From the NCBI RefSeq assembly GCF_004010195.1, contig NW_025215142.1, positions 26,359-66,672 of the forward strand: DNA of 40,314 nt. The letters run 5' to 3'. The translations under genes were made by a program, and so were the position numbers. The notes below the pieces were generated by a model. The model was not told where the DNA came from and searched no databases. It was given only the letters and a program-made list of their open reading frames with translations. The stretch is from Chiloscyllium plagiosum. Lineage: Eukaryota. Shown in pieces: positions 11,560 to 24,595 of this stretch. Within the stretch, counting starts at the first letter, position 1; each line of letters begins with the position of its first letter.

Positions 11560-13190
11560 TTGCAGATTTCTTAGTCTGATACCAGATAATTGAGGACCGG
11601 GAAATAGCAGAACTATGGAGCAAATACTTTAGTTATGCCTTCACAGAAGAAAACAAAACAAAAAAGAGAACTTCCTAGCAATACGAGGAAATTTCAGTCT
11701 TGTGAGAATAATGGAATAGAATGAAAATAGCAACTAAACAGTTTAGAGAAAGTATTGGACTGAAATTAATGGGCATAGACAAAGTCAACAGAGATTTATG
11801 AAAAGGGAATCATATTTGAGAAAGTGGCTTTAAGGAAAATTATGTAGGAGGTATCAATGCCATGTGAGTGGAATCTATGAAAGATTTTTAATAAAGCCCC
11901 AAGCCTATTGTGCAAATTCGAATCCTATTGGTCTCGGGCTAATATATGGTAATAGATTTAGAATGGGAGAGCTGGCAGGAAACAGTGAGTAGGAATAAAA
12001 CAATGTTTTATTTTTCAATGGAAGGCTTGGAGGATATTGTAAGGATCGTGTCTTGGGCTCCAGCTATTCCCAATACACATCATATCTTTGGGAGAGGGGC
12101 ACAAATGCAATATTCCCAAGTCTGCTGACAGCACTAAACGATGTCAGCCTGTGAGTGGATGAGGAGGATGTAAAAAAAGTTCCAAGGTTTTTGAGACAAC
12201 TGGAGTGACTGGGCAAATACGTGGCAGGTGGAGAGCAATGGGGGACATGAGATGTTGTGTACTTTGATGGGAATAATAGAATGGACCCCCATTTGAAAAA
12301 TGAGTGTTTGAAAAATGTTGCACTATAAATGAAATTAAGCTGCATTTTTGTTTATTTCTGCGAAGCCCTCAGAGTCCATGTAGGGCAGTGAGTTCTGAAN
12401 NNNNNNNNNNNNNNNNNNNNNNNNNNNNNNNNNNNNNNNNNNNNNNNNNNNNNNNNTTGCCACGCTGACAATTGTATATAGGCCCAGCACGTGGGGAACT
12501 ATAACTTTGAAAGGAATCTGGATGTCCCTGTACACCAGTCACTGAAAGCAATATTGCAGGAGTAGAAAGAAGGAAGGAAGATAAATGCTGTATTCACCTT
12601 TATTTCAGGGGGATTTGAGTACAGGAGTAAATGTATCTTACTGCAGCTGTACAGGGCCTTTGTGAGACCCCATCTCGAACATTGTGCAGCATTGTGTGAA
12701 GTTTTGGTCTCTTTTCCTAACAGATGACAAACCTGACATTGAGGGAGAGCAGCAAAGGATGGCCAGAATGATCTCTGGGATGACAGACTTGTTGTGGGAG
12801 CAGAGTTTGGGGCAACTGGACCTGTATTCCATGGGCTTTCGGAAAATGAATGAAAATCCCAGTGAAATATATAACACTCTGACAGGGCGAGACAGATTAG
12901 AAGCAGATCGGTAAATCGCCTGGTTGGAACGTCTAAAACCAGGGGCCACAATATTAGGTACAGACAGGCCACTTTGCATTGAGATGAGAATAAATGTCTG
13001 CACTCGGAAATTGGCGAACCAGGGGTACTCTCTCCCAGATCAGGCTGTGGAACACAAGGGGCTGAATATAAATAAGGATTTCTGTAAACTAAAGGGATAG
13101 GGAGAGAGCAGGAGTATGGTGTGAAGATAGAAGATCAGCTGTTATTCCAGGTTGTTCTCCAATAACACGATAACTGTGTTCCTGTGCAAC
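11560..13190 (+). mobile_element. Decayed CR1 RT/3' region
   Basis: ctgcagctgtacagggcctttgtgagaccccatctcgaacattgtg (LQLYRAFVRPHLEHC), RMARMISGM and related 3' motifs. Confidence 0.75.
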
Positions 13191-13403
13191 ACTGTGTTGT
13201 AGAAAATCGTGCAATATTAATAATAGGTTCGATGGAAAAATGAGGGTAAGAGGCGAACTCCCAAAAATATCAGTAAAAACCAAAAATTACATTTGATCTA
13301 ACACACAATAGGCCAGTCTAAATAAATCTTTAAATTACATGTTGTAATGGAACAGTGCTGTAAATGTAACACTTTTGCACTACAGTCACTCACTGGTGCA
13401 CCG

Positions 13404-13479
13404 TGATTGAATGGCGGAGTGGACTCGATGGGCCGAATGGCCTTACTTCCACTCCTATGTCTTATGTCTTATGGTCTTA
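13404..13479 (+). mobile_element. Tail-only CR1 insertion
   Basis: Near-identical to 10164-10240 (tgattgaatggcggagtggactcgatgggccgaatggccttacttcc...tcttatggtctta). Confidence 0.88.
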
Positions 13480-14189
13480 CCTTTCACCATAATCTTCACC
13501 AGAAAGCGCGGGGGGAGGGGGGGGTGACTGACCATGTGATGCCGATGCCGAATTCCAGTTCTCTCCAAGATTCTCCCCACAGTTTGAAATAAAATTCATT
13601 CTAAATATAGTCTACAATTCCCAGTTTCAGGCTCAGTTTCAAGGCGTGCAGAGCCGATTGCATTCCTGTTTTAGCTGAACGCATTGATTGTACCTTTTGT
13701 AGATAGAGTGTATCTGAGGCAGGATTTGCTGTTCAGCTAGTGCCAGCCAAGGAATCGTGTCACAGTAAACGCCAGTTCACTTTATAGAAAAAGGTTCATG
13801 CATTGCATTGCAGCCAAATTGTATTTAATCAACACGCGTTATTGGTGAACTGCCTGTGCATAGAATGGAGGCGCAAAACTGATGGGCTGAATGGACAACA
13901 GCAGTTCTCATTTATGGTTCACAAGGTTTAAACATATTGAGGGATATGAATATTGTATGGGGAAAACTGCGTTGAGGAGATGTTCGGCCATTAACTAGAA
14001 TAGGGAAAGCTCAATGAGTTGTATGACGTATTCCTTTCCCGATGCTTCTGTGCAGAGTGTGGGAAAGCTCGGGAAATGTTGTCACAAGCTCTCAGCTGTT
14101 AGGAAGGAGGTCTCTGCAGGGTCGACAGGATTGTGTTTCCCATTCCCTTTTCTGATAACGAGGCTGGTGCCGGCCGTTCTCTCCGGGTT

Positions 14190-14515
14190 TATCCTTTAAG
14201 ACCTCGGAGCAGTTTGATACAATTGAGTGCCTTGCTTGGCCGTTTCAGAGACCATTGAAGAGTGTATCACATGTCTGTGTGTCTGGGGTCACTTTTAGGC
14301 TAGACCAGGAAAGCACGGGAGATTCACTTCCTGAAAGTACGCTGGGGAAGGTGATCGTCCTCTATAATCGACATTGAACACAAGATCACTATTACTGACA
14401 CCAGATAATAGATCTCAATATTTTATTAATTGTTTTTAACTTGCAACAGTTGCCAGAGAATTATCCTGGTCTGGATTAGCAATCCAATGACAATTCTACA
14501 ACAGCGCCACCTCCA
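14190..14515 (-). mobile_element. tRNA-derived SINE, same family as 6583-6910
   Basis: Diverged reverse-complement similarity to 6583-6910. Confidence 0.55.
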
Positions 14516-14659
14516 CATGGGGCCCTATCGGAAACCACACTGAACCGATTATTTCTGTGCTGTTTGACAGCTCTATCAAAAATAACTCCAACCAATTTGA
14601 CCATCGTGATGGGACTGAGGGCGTGGCATTTGGTCTGATTGTAATTATTCCCTTTTTAG

Positions 14660-15090
14660 GGGATGGGACATAGTTGAGTAATTACCCACATTAGGAGAAA
14701 GTGAGAACTGCAGTTGCTAATTACCCACATTACCAGGGAGTTGTCAGAGTTGGAGCTGGAATGAAACAGCTTCCTCAGGTACACGGCTTGTTGTGTAGCA
14801 AAAGTCCTCAGTCCTATTGCAGGAATGGTGTCAGGGCCAATTGCCTTTGTCGTATCGACAGTGTCCAGCTGTTGCTTCATATCATGCAGTGAATTGAATT
14901 GGTTGAAGACGGGCATCTGTGATTCTGAGGGTATCATACTGAGGGTGAGATGGGTAATCGACTCAACACTTCTGGCTGAGGATGGTGCAGATATTGCATC
15001 TTTTACATGAATGAACAGGACTGTTCCATTATTTAGGATGGGGATATTTGTGGAGTCCTCTCCTCCAGTAAGTTGTTTAATGGTCCTCTA
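14660..15090 (-). mobile_element. CR1-group LINE RT fragment (different subfamily)
   Basis: LDTVDTTKAIGPDTIPAIGLRTFA...LRKLFHSS: the KAxGPD.I pre-RT motif. Confidence 0.75.
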
Positions 15091-15114
15091 CAATTCAATT
15101 CTACTGACTGCCCC

Positions 15115-15260
15115 CCAGTTCACACCGAGACCCATTCACCCATGAGCCCTGTATTCAGTGACCTACTCTGGTTTCAGATGTGGAAAAACTTCCACTTTCA
15201 TATTCTCACTCTGCTGGAAGTCTTTCCTTGGTGTCACGCCTCCAATTTGTTGCATCAACA
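15115..15260 (+). mobile_element. L2-like LINE 3' fragment
   Basis: cattcacccatgagccctgtattcagtgacctactctgg reads HSPMSPVFSDLLW, resembling the L2 motif HITPVLxxLHWLP. Confidence 0.5.
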
Positions 15261-15685
15261 ATATCCATTTAAGATACTAATCTGAATCTTTTCCTTTCAG
15301 TAATGCCATCTTCTGTATTTGAAGTGAATGTGTTTCCTTCTGTTTTTCTCCCTGACCATGATTCAGAACTATGCAGTATCAGTGGTGCCAGCTTTATGCA
15401 GTTTCAGAGTCAAGGAACTTGTCACCATGCGTTAACTGTTCAGTTCCCAGTGTACGGCGCTCCATGTTGGATAGGATGTTTGGGCATCTTTGACAATATG
15501 TCATTGGAAATTGTTCCAAAAGTGCAATTGCTGAAGAAATTGCGAAAGATGTTGCAGAATTTTCTGGAGTGAATGCAGAGTTAAACTTTAAGGTCCAGTC
15601 AACCTTCTATAAATGTTTTTTTATTTTTATTTCCAGTATCCATAATTATTGGTTTAATTGGAAAAATCGTTCTGTGCCTATTCAT

Positions 15686-15778
15686 TTCTGGAGAAACTCA
15701 GCAGGCCTGTCAACATCTGCAGGGAAAGAGAAACAGAGTTAACGTTTGCAGTCGAGTCTGCCAATTCTTCAAAACTGA
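15686..15778 (-). mobile_element. Penelope terminal remnant
   Basis: ctggagaaactcagcaggcctgtcaacatctg...cagagttaacgttt...ttcttcaaaactga; decayed hammerhead-like core on the minus strand. Confidence 0.55.
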
Positions 15779-16287
15779 ATACAATTGCAAAATGGTCTTT
15801 TAGTCCCTTGCCAGATGTGGAGGATGGGTGACAGAGAAAAGAGGGTGTGGCAAAAGAAAAATGCGCTTTTAGTAGTGGTGAAAGAAAAGATTCTGTATAA
15901 TGGGTCGAATTTGAGGTGTGAATGGAGGAAAGGGGTTCTCTCTATTGAATGCAAGATAAAGAAGACACAAACACACAAAGTCATACGGAGGCCAGGAGGG
16001 AGAATGTTGACCATGTGGTATTATATAAATCTGGCCACAGATCTGTTTTCACTGTCGTGATCATTACCCCCTTTAGATAAAGGAATTCAAGTGTTTGACT
16101 TCTTATTGGCACTAGTAAGCGTTTTATGCTGCATTAGTATTGTAATATGGAGAAAAACAAATCACAGTATGACGTTTGGGCTGAGTATTGGTTACCTGTC
16201 ATTTTTAATATTGCTTCAATTTTGCAGTGCTTATCTTTAAACACTTGTTCTTGAAGTTAGCATCAAATGGAGTGTAGGATATTGAGG

Positions 16288-16535
16288 AGTGACATAGAAA
16301 CTTATAAAATCATGAGAGGTATGGATAGGATGAATAGCCAAGGTCTTTTCCACAGGATAGGGGAATTCAAACATCGAGGGAATAGGTTTAAGGTGAAAGA
16401 GGGTAGATTTAAAAGGGACTGAAGGGCAGCATTTTTACACGGAGGGTGGTCAGGGAATGGAATGAGCTTCCAGAGAAAGAGTGGGAGATGCAAGGACACC
16501 TACAACATTTAAAACTCATTTTGCCAAACATATGG
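16288..16535 (+). mobile_element. CR1 3' fragment
   Basis: DIETYKIMRGMDRMNSQGLF...GNRFKVKEGRFKRD. Confidence 0.8.
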
Positions 16536-16544
16536 ACATTGAGA

Positions 16545-18720
16545 AAAGCTTCACGCAGAGTCAGTGTGGTTTTGTGAAAGGGAAATGATATTTTGCCCTG
16601 TAAAATCATGCAAGGTTTTTCTGGAGATGCCTGTTAGTGTAACAAGTGGACTTAGAACATAGAAGAACATAGAAGAATACAGCGCAGTACAGGCCCTTCG
16701 GCCCTCGATGTTGCGCCGATCCTAGCCCACCTAATCTATACTAGCCCACTATCCTCCATATGCCTATCCAATGCCCGCTTGAATGCCCATAATGAGGGAG
16801 AGTCCACCACTGCTACTGACAGGGCATTCCATGAACTCACGACTCGCTGAGTAAAGAACCTACCCCTAACATCTGTCCTATACCTACCCCCCCTTAATTT
16901 AAAGCTATGCCCCCTTGTAATAGCTGACTCCATAAGTGGAAAAAGATTCTCACTGTCGACCCTATCTAAACCCCTAATCATCTTATACACCTCTATCAAG
17001 TCACCCCTAAACCTTCTTTCCTCCAATGAAGACAACCCCACGTGCCTCAGTCTTTCCTCATATGATCTTCCTACCATNNNNNNNNNNNNNNNNNNNNNNN
17101 NNNNNNNNNNNNNNNNNNNNNNNNNNNNNNNNNNNNNNNNNNNNNNNNNNNNNNNNNNNNNNNNNNNNNNNNNNNNNNNNNNNNNNNNNNNNNNNNNNNN
17201 NNNNNNNNNNNNNNNNNNNNNNNNNNNNNNNNNNNNNNNNNNNNNNNNNNNNNNNNNNNNNNNNNNNNNNNNNNNNNNNNNNNNNNNNNNNNNNNNNNNN
17301 NNNNNNNNNNNNNNNNNNNNNNNNNNNNNNNNNNNNNNNNNNNNNNNNNNNNNNNNNNNNNNNNNNNNNNNNNNNNNNNNNNNNNNNNNNNNNNNNNNNN
17401 NNNNNNNNNNNNNNNNNNNNNNNNNNNNNNNNNNNNNNNNNNNNNNNNNNNNNNNNNNNNNNNNNNNNNNNNNNNNNNNNNNNNNNNNNNNNNNNNNNNN
17501 NNNNNNNNNNNNNNNNNNNNNNNNNNNNNNNNNNNNNNNNNNNNNNNNNNNNNNNNNNNNNNNNNNNNNNNNNNNNNNNNNNNNNNNNNNNNNNNNNNNN
17601 NNNNNNNNNNNNNNNNNNNNNNNNNNNNNNNNNNNNNNNNNNNNNNNNNNNNNNNNNNNNNNNNNCTCCTTCTCAAAGAATTCAATAAGGTTTGTGAGGC
17701 ACGACCTGCCCTTCACAAAACTATGCTGACTATCCTTGATCACATTATTCCTATCCAGATGTTCATAAATCCTATCCTTTACAATTCTCTCTAAGATTTT
17801 GCCCACAACAGAAGTGAGACTCCCCGGCCTATAGTTACTAGGGTTATCCCTACTCCCCTTCTTGAACAAGAGAACCACATTTGCTAGCCTCCTTGATAAA
17901 GGGGATCTGGTAGACACCCGGCTTTCCAGAGATTTTCCACAAGGTATTACAAAACAAAAGTTCTACAACAAAACAGAAGCTCCAGGACATCGGATACTGT
18001 ATTAATATGGGATATTGATTGGTTAACACCGAAATCAGAGAGTGAGGATTAATGGATCTTTATGGTAAAGGTGTATCTGCTGGAGTACCACAAATATCAG
18101 CCTGCTGGCATCAGTTATTTGCAATCTAAGCTGACAGCCTGAAGGAGGGAGCTGAGTGCAATATACATCCGAGTTTGAGGATAACACTGAGAATCAAAAA
18201 GCAGACTATTATTTAATGGGGAGGACTTCCAGAAAAGGAACAGTGAAGGCATTGGAGTCTTCCTGTGTATGAAACATAAAGTCAGCATGCTGATGCAGCA
18301 AGTAACTTGGTTGGTATATTAGGCAGTTTCCTGGGATGAAAGGGTTGAGTTATTTAGAATCTGTAAAATAGTGAGGCGATACCTCATTGGGGTTTAAATG
18401 AATGAGGAGTAATCCTGCTGAAACCTACAAGACACAGAGGGGTTGGAGAAGGTAGATGTTGAGACGTTTTTCCATTCTTGAGCAAACTGTCGAACTCGAT
18501 TATATCGATACCGAATAAGGAACGTCGATTTCAATCTGAGATGCAGAGTCATGGCTTCTCTCCGAAGGTAGTGAATGTCTGGAACTCCCTAACCCAGAGA
18601 GGTGTGGAGGGATACAAGGAGTCGGCAACATAGTGGAGTTGAGGCCTGGGGTAGATCAGACAGGTTCTATCAATTGACAGAGTTAGCTTGAGGGGCCGAT
18701 TGACCTATTCCTGTTCCTAT
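16545..18720 (+). mobile_element. Old CR1 RT/3' region split by a younger CR1
   Basis: SQCGFVKGK...VTSGL (to ~16653) resumes as DKGDLVD (from ~17896); tail gaggggccgattgacctattcctgttcctat at ~18690. Confidence 0.7.
16653..17893 (-). mobile_element. Young 5'-truncated CR1 (contains gap)
   Basis: ANVVLLFKKGSRDNPSNYRPGSLTSVVGKILE...SCLTNLIEFFE; YEERLRHVGL...RGDLIEVYK; tail (agaacatag)n. Confidence 0.93.
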
Positions 18721-19059
18721 TTTTTTTAATTTCACATGTCATGCTTTTGGAAAGTAACGGGTTATTTTGCTGGAAATCGTGTTGTACAATGTTGCATTCA
18801 GGGAGAGCAGGGGATTTGTTGTTTTAACCCTGGGTGTGGTATGTGGCTGTATTCCTAGCGTATCTGGGTCTGCAACATGACCCACATCTGGAGCAGAGGT
18901 TACAGAGAGGAGAAGCTTGGAAACAGAGACTGGGGGTTGGCGTGGTGGTCACTCCGTGATCCAGCCTGGATTTTCCAAGTACATTTCCAAAACTACACCT
19001 AACCATCGGAGTGGCCTCGATCTGCCCCTGTTCCGCAGGTCCGAGGGCTGAATGGAACA

Positions 19060-19930
19060 TCAGAACATAGGGCTGAGGGACACAAGTGAACCATTCGGCC
19101 CTTTCACACTACTCCACCAGTACATAAGGTCATGGCTCATCTCATTGTGATCCCAGCTGCACGTTTGTTTCCATGCAACATTATCCCTGATTCACCTGTC
19201 CATGGAAAATTTGACAAAGCCAGCTTCGATATAATATAAAGATCCAGCCATCCCAAACTTCTGGGAAAGAGAATTCCCACTTGACTGAAATCCCACTTTG
19301 TGCAGTTCTCCTAATTCTTGCTCTGACGTCGGTTGGAGGATGTCACTGTTTCCTTTTCTCGTTCCACTCTTCCATTGCTCACACCAAATTTTAAATGTAA
19401 CCAAGTTGGTGATATGGCCGATGATAAAGGTTTCAGACTGAGTCAAGTTCAGTGACAGGAACAAGTCAGGCAGATTGCTTTAGTCAGCCACAAGTCACTA
19501 ACAGAACTAACAGATGCGCATGGTGGAGATTCTACAAAAACAACAAGAAGTCTGGACTATACAAACACCCAGTGGGTATCTATCTGATCCACTCTCCTCT
19601 AGGTTTTGTATGTTTCAATAAGATCACCTCTCATTCCAAGAGTAACCTGTTAAAGCCTTCATAATATAAGACCATCATTCCTGGAATACATTAAGTGAAA
19701 CATCTCCGAACTGCCTCCAATTTAATTATATCCTTTCTCAGGTAAGGAGACAAAAATAATCTCTCGCACAGATGAAGTTAATTTTTGTTTTCTCAGTGGT
19801 GAGAGTATTTAGAACTCTCTTCCCCGCAGATCATTGGAGGCAGAGATATTGAATATGTTTGAGGCATGGACAGAAGGTTCATAAATAACAACCGAGTCAA
19901 GGATTATTGGGAGGAATGTGCAGTGTTGGG
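19060..19930. mobile_element. Decayed CR1 3' fragments (minus to ~19760, plus ~19780-19930)
   Basis: gaaccattcggcccttt...ggtcatggctcatct tail signature; ttttctcagtggtgagagtatttagaactctcttcc. Confidence 0.55.
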
Positions 19931-21054
19931 GAAATGTTGACATTGGTACAAAATCACACTGCTCTAGAACATCCAGGAATATAGTGCAAACTGAAATGAT
20001 AATATCGATAAAATGTTAAGGGGAAATCCAAGATGGTGGCGATCTGGAAGGCCTGCTTTGTTGGGCTCTGCATCACAGTTCGGGCGAAGTGGTTTCCTCA
20101 CCCACTTCCCAGCCAATTATATAAAATGCTTAGTTTTGGAAAATGTTGAGAGTTGGTAGTTGCAGTAGTCTTAGTTTGTGTAGTTTTTAAGGGTTATGAG
20201 ACTTTGTTTATTAATGATCAGTAATTCGAGTTCTTCCTCTCTCGTGTTCAAATGTTGCTACAGTGTGTTCTGGGTAATGATGTGCTTAAATGGTGCACCT
20301 GGAGCATTAATGGGAGACATTGGCTAGAAAAGAGGAAAAATGTACTTTCTAGTCGTAAAAAGAGAGTGTGGATGTTGTCCTATTGCAGGAGATGCACCTT
20401 GATGACAAGGAACACTTGACATTACAGCAGGTCGGGTTTGGTCGGGTTTATTTCTCCTCTTTTAATACTACGAGTAGGAGAGAAGCCATAATGGATAAAA
20501 AGAATCTTCCATTTAACCAACTAGTTCGTATTTGATTCTCACGGGAGGCTCATGATCCCCAAAGCCTTGAACTATGGTAAATAATACAGTATTTTGAATG
20601 TTTATTGACCCCTCCGGCGCACCCTCTTAAAATCCTGGTAGATGCAATTTCCAAATTCAGATATCTTGCATCGTGACACATAATTGTAGAAGATTTCAAC
20701 TGTCTTATGGACCCCACCTTGGACAGAATGTCCACAGGTGCTCCAATACCCTCGTTATAATGTAAGCAATTAGTGGATTTGTGTGCAGAACTAGAGCTGG
20801 TGGATGTCTGGAGGCAGATCCACATCACAAGTAGAGATTTTATTTTCTTCTTTAACAGACAGAAATACCACACGAGGATTGATATCTTCCCCATCCCTGA
20901 AACAATCTTAGATTCGGTGGCATCCTACACAATTGGGATTATTACCATTACTGACCATGCAGCAGTATACGTATTGATTAAGACCAATATAGCAGGTTCG
21001 AGACATTGGTGAATGCATCCCTTTATTGGTAAGACTAGCTAGTTCATTGAGTAT

Positions 21055-21362
21055 TTAGATTAGATTACTCACAGTGCAGAAACAGGCCATTCAGCCCAAC
21101 AAGTCCACACCGACCCCCGAAGCACAACCCACCCAGACCCATTCCCCGACATTTACCCCTTCACCTAACACTACGGGCAATTTAGCATAGCCAACTCACC
21201 TTACCTGCACATTTTTGGACTGTGGGAGGAACCGGAGCACCCGGAGGAAACCCACGCAGAATGCATAAACTCCACACAGTCAGTCAACTGAGACTGGAAT
21301 TGAACTGGGGTCTCTAGCACTCTGAGGCAGCAGTACTAACCATTGTGCCACTCTGCCACAGG
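21055..21362 (-). mobile_element. HE1-like V-SINE inserted in L1
   Basis: (ttaga)n tail, V-domain, tRNA-like head ...ggaattgaac...cagcagtactaaccattgtgccac. Confidence 0.88.
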
Positions 21363-23486
21363 GCCACCCACTGCAATGCGTTCAGATCTTTCTCAGCCAC
21401 TAATTCAGATTTAATCAGTAACTCATCCACTCTATGAGAAATTGCTTAGGCTTTGGCCAAAGAATTAATTATTCCTTAGGATGCAGCAGAAGGGGGAGCA
21501 GGAAATCTGGCTTGAGGCACAGCTGAGGGCAGCCGAGAGTGCATACTGTGATTGATCCTCAGTGGCTAACCTGCAGAGGATCACAATGCTTCGGTCTACA
21601 GTGAATCCCACACTCACACAGACAGCCAAGAAGGAACTTACTTTTGCAAAACAAAAGCTGTTTGAACATGGTGATCAGCCAGGCAGGTATTTAGTCCATC
21701 TTGCCAGGAAAACGAGAACCCCTCTCAAGCCGTTACCTCAATTAGGGAAGGTACTGGGATCCTTACGTTCAATTCCAAAATATTAATGCCTCCTGTTCGA
21801 GATTTTTCTCCGAATTATTTGGATTAAGATAGATTAAGATGGAGTCATTTTTCAAGAACCTGGGTTTTCCAGGAGTAACCCCTGAATAGGTGTTGTGCCT
21901 TAATGCACCATTGTCAGCGCAGGAGGGTGTGAAGCAGCTTCAGAATGTAAAGGTGCACGTTCCTGACGGATTTCCTAGTGAATTTTATAAATAATTTATA
22001 AACCTATTGTCAGGGCTGATGTTGAACATGTTCCGTCACTCATACAGTCACGAACCCCTCCCTCCATCCTTAAGAGAGGCTCATATCTCTCTGATGCTGA
22101 AGAAATGAAGACCCTGGAAGATTGTGCTTCTTACCCTCCAATCTCACTTTTCAACATTGGTTTCAAAATCCTGTCTGACACCCATTGGAAACTTTGCTGC
22201 CTTCCGTTGCCAAAGAGGACAAAACAGGCTTTATAAAGGGCTGCAGAGATCTTCCTACAATGTTAAGAATTTACTCAATATGATCCAAGAGTGTCAACAA
22301 CAATCTGTCCAGGGATTATTGATCTCTTTAGATGAGAGATGGCATTTGATTGGGTTGAGTGGCTGGATCTCTTCTGTACATTAGAACGGTTTGGTCTACG
22401 CAACGTTCTATCAAGTGGGTGAGGGTCATTTACCGTGATCCTCTGGCTGCGGTTCTCACTAATGGTGTGGCCACCAGTAATATTAATATTTCTCCAGGCA
22501 GCCGCCAAGGCTGACTCCTTTCACCATTTTTGTTTACGTTGGTGATTGAGCCACTGGCGGAGGCCATCCGTCGGGATGCCAGCACATCTGCCCCAGAAGT
22601 ATGATAGAAGTCACGTAAGATTACATTGTATGTAGATGAGGGTCTTATGTTTTTGTCAATTCCCGCAAATTCGGTAGTTCTCGTGATGCAATGCATTAAT
22701 TCGCCTGTTGCCTTTCGGGGCAATAAGATTAATTTTACACAGTTGGAGGCCATGCCAATGGGAGGTCTTAGGGAAATACCTGATACTGAAGTCAAATCCT
22801 GGTTTCCTTTTAAATGGTCACGGGGGTAGTTTCCCTATTTCAGTATATCCATTATATCTGTCTTTGATCATTTATTTAACGTGAACTGTATCTATTTGTT
22901 TGACAAAATTAAGCAAGACCTTCAAAGATGTGAGGCATTTTCAATATCCTGGCTAGGTCGGATAGTTGTTATTAAAATGAATATCCTTCCTCATTTGCAA
23001 TACCCTGTGTAAATGCTTCCTTTGATGTTTCCCAGACAGATATTTCGGAAACATAATGGCTGGTTTCGCCCTTTTATTTGGCACCAAAAGGAATTCGATA
23101 TCAAACTAACAAAATTGCTACTTCCCCACAGATTGTGGGGGGTAGATCTCCCCGATTAAAAGCAATTATTTAAGATTTTATCATCGCATGTTCGTGCCTG
23201 GGCGGCTGAGGTCTCGGCATCAATATGGCTAGACATTGAGCCCTCTCAGACAAAGTTAACCCTTATTGCTCTGTTGTTCTTAAATAAAATGACAACATTT
23301 ATGGAGTATTGTCATAAACAAATGATTATCAATACTGTTAAAACTTGAAGGACAATGCGTCAGATCGAGACCAATACAGCCCTCATGTTTCTTACCCCTA
23401 TAATTGGTATACCGGGCTGTCAACCGGGGATAATGGATTCCAGGTTTAAACTGTGGGCAGCGAGGGGGGTACCTTGCTTGACTGAT

Positions 23487-23848
23487 ATAGAATTAGTAGA
23501 ATCCATACAGTGTGGATACAAGCCCTTGGGTCCAACAAATCCACTTCGACCCTCCGAAGAGTAACCCACCAGACCCATTCCCCTACCATCCTATATTTAC
23601 CCTGACTAATGCCCAAACTTACACTTCCCTGAACACTATGGGTGATTTATCAATGGCCAATTCATCTAACCTGTTTCCACACAGTAAGTAATCTAATCTA
23701 ATCTAATCATATTTGGACTGGGGGAGGAAGCCCACACAGACACAGTTAAGAATATACTAATTCCACACAGCCAGTCACCCAGGGCTGGAACCAAACCCAT
23801 CACCCTGGTGCAGTGAGTCAGCAGTACAAACCACTGAGCCACCACGTG
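23487..23848 (-). mobile_element. HE1-like V-SINE inserted in L1
   Basis: tagaatccatacagtgtggatacaagccc tail through ...aaccactgagccacc head. Confidence 0.82.
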
Positions 23849-24595
23849 TTACCTGAGGGAGAAACACTGACATCATTTGATCAAATAACTCGTAAGTATG
23901 TACTACCTAGTAGAGATCTCTTCTGTTTTTGGTCCAGATTAGAAAAACACAATTTTAACAGACACTTATGGATCCGATATCGAGAAGCAGGTGATTATTG
24001 TAAAGAATACACACTCTGTCAGAACCCTTTACCATTTGTTGGTGAATATCCCCTCAGACAGGACTTCGTGATGTCTGTGCGAAGAAGTTGGGGGTTTAGA
24101 TCTTTTCGGAGATTTGGGAGGATATTTGTGAAAATGCTTGAAGGATTTTGATCTGTAATAGGACCCACTCCATGCAGTTGGAAATTCTTCATAGGGTCTA
24201 TCTGACCCAAGATTTTCTCTCAAAATTCAAAGTGGGATTATCCTACAGCATGTCCTAAATGCAGATTGACGACAGGCACTCTTACTCAATGCATGTGGTC
24301 CTGCTGCAGGCTTTGTATATATTGGAGCACTGTGTTAGGTGTGGTAGAGTGGGTCTTGGGAACCGAATTGGAGATCGACCCGGTTTCTCTTTTTCTGGGC
24401 CTGCCCAGAGTATCTTACACTGATGCACATGGGAAAAAAAATTATGTCCTTACTTTCTGTGCTAGGAAAGATATTCTGTAGTGTTGGATATCTGAAATCT
24501 CCGCGGGTCTGTTGGGTCTTTGTAAGCTCATCATGGAGAATATCCCTTTGGACTTTCCCACCAGCATAGTGCACCAAACAACAGAGATTAATATA

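Noticed and set aside
15736..15778. Additional hammerhead-like cores (also ~3840-3880)
   Set aside because: Core residues are mutated (TTGAAGA; CAAA in place of GAAA) and stem II is broken, so they are unlikely to function.
18800..19060. GC-richer unique stretch, possible exon
   Set aside because: No recognisable protein motif or convincing splice-site pair.
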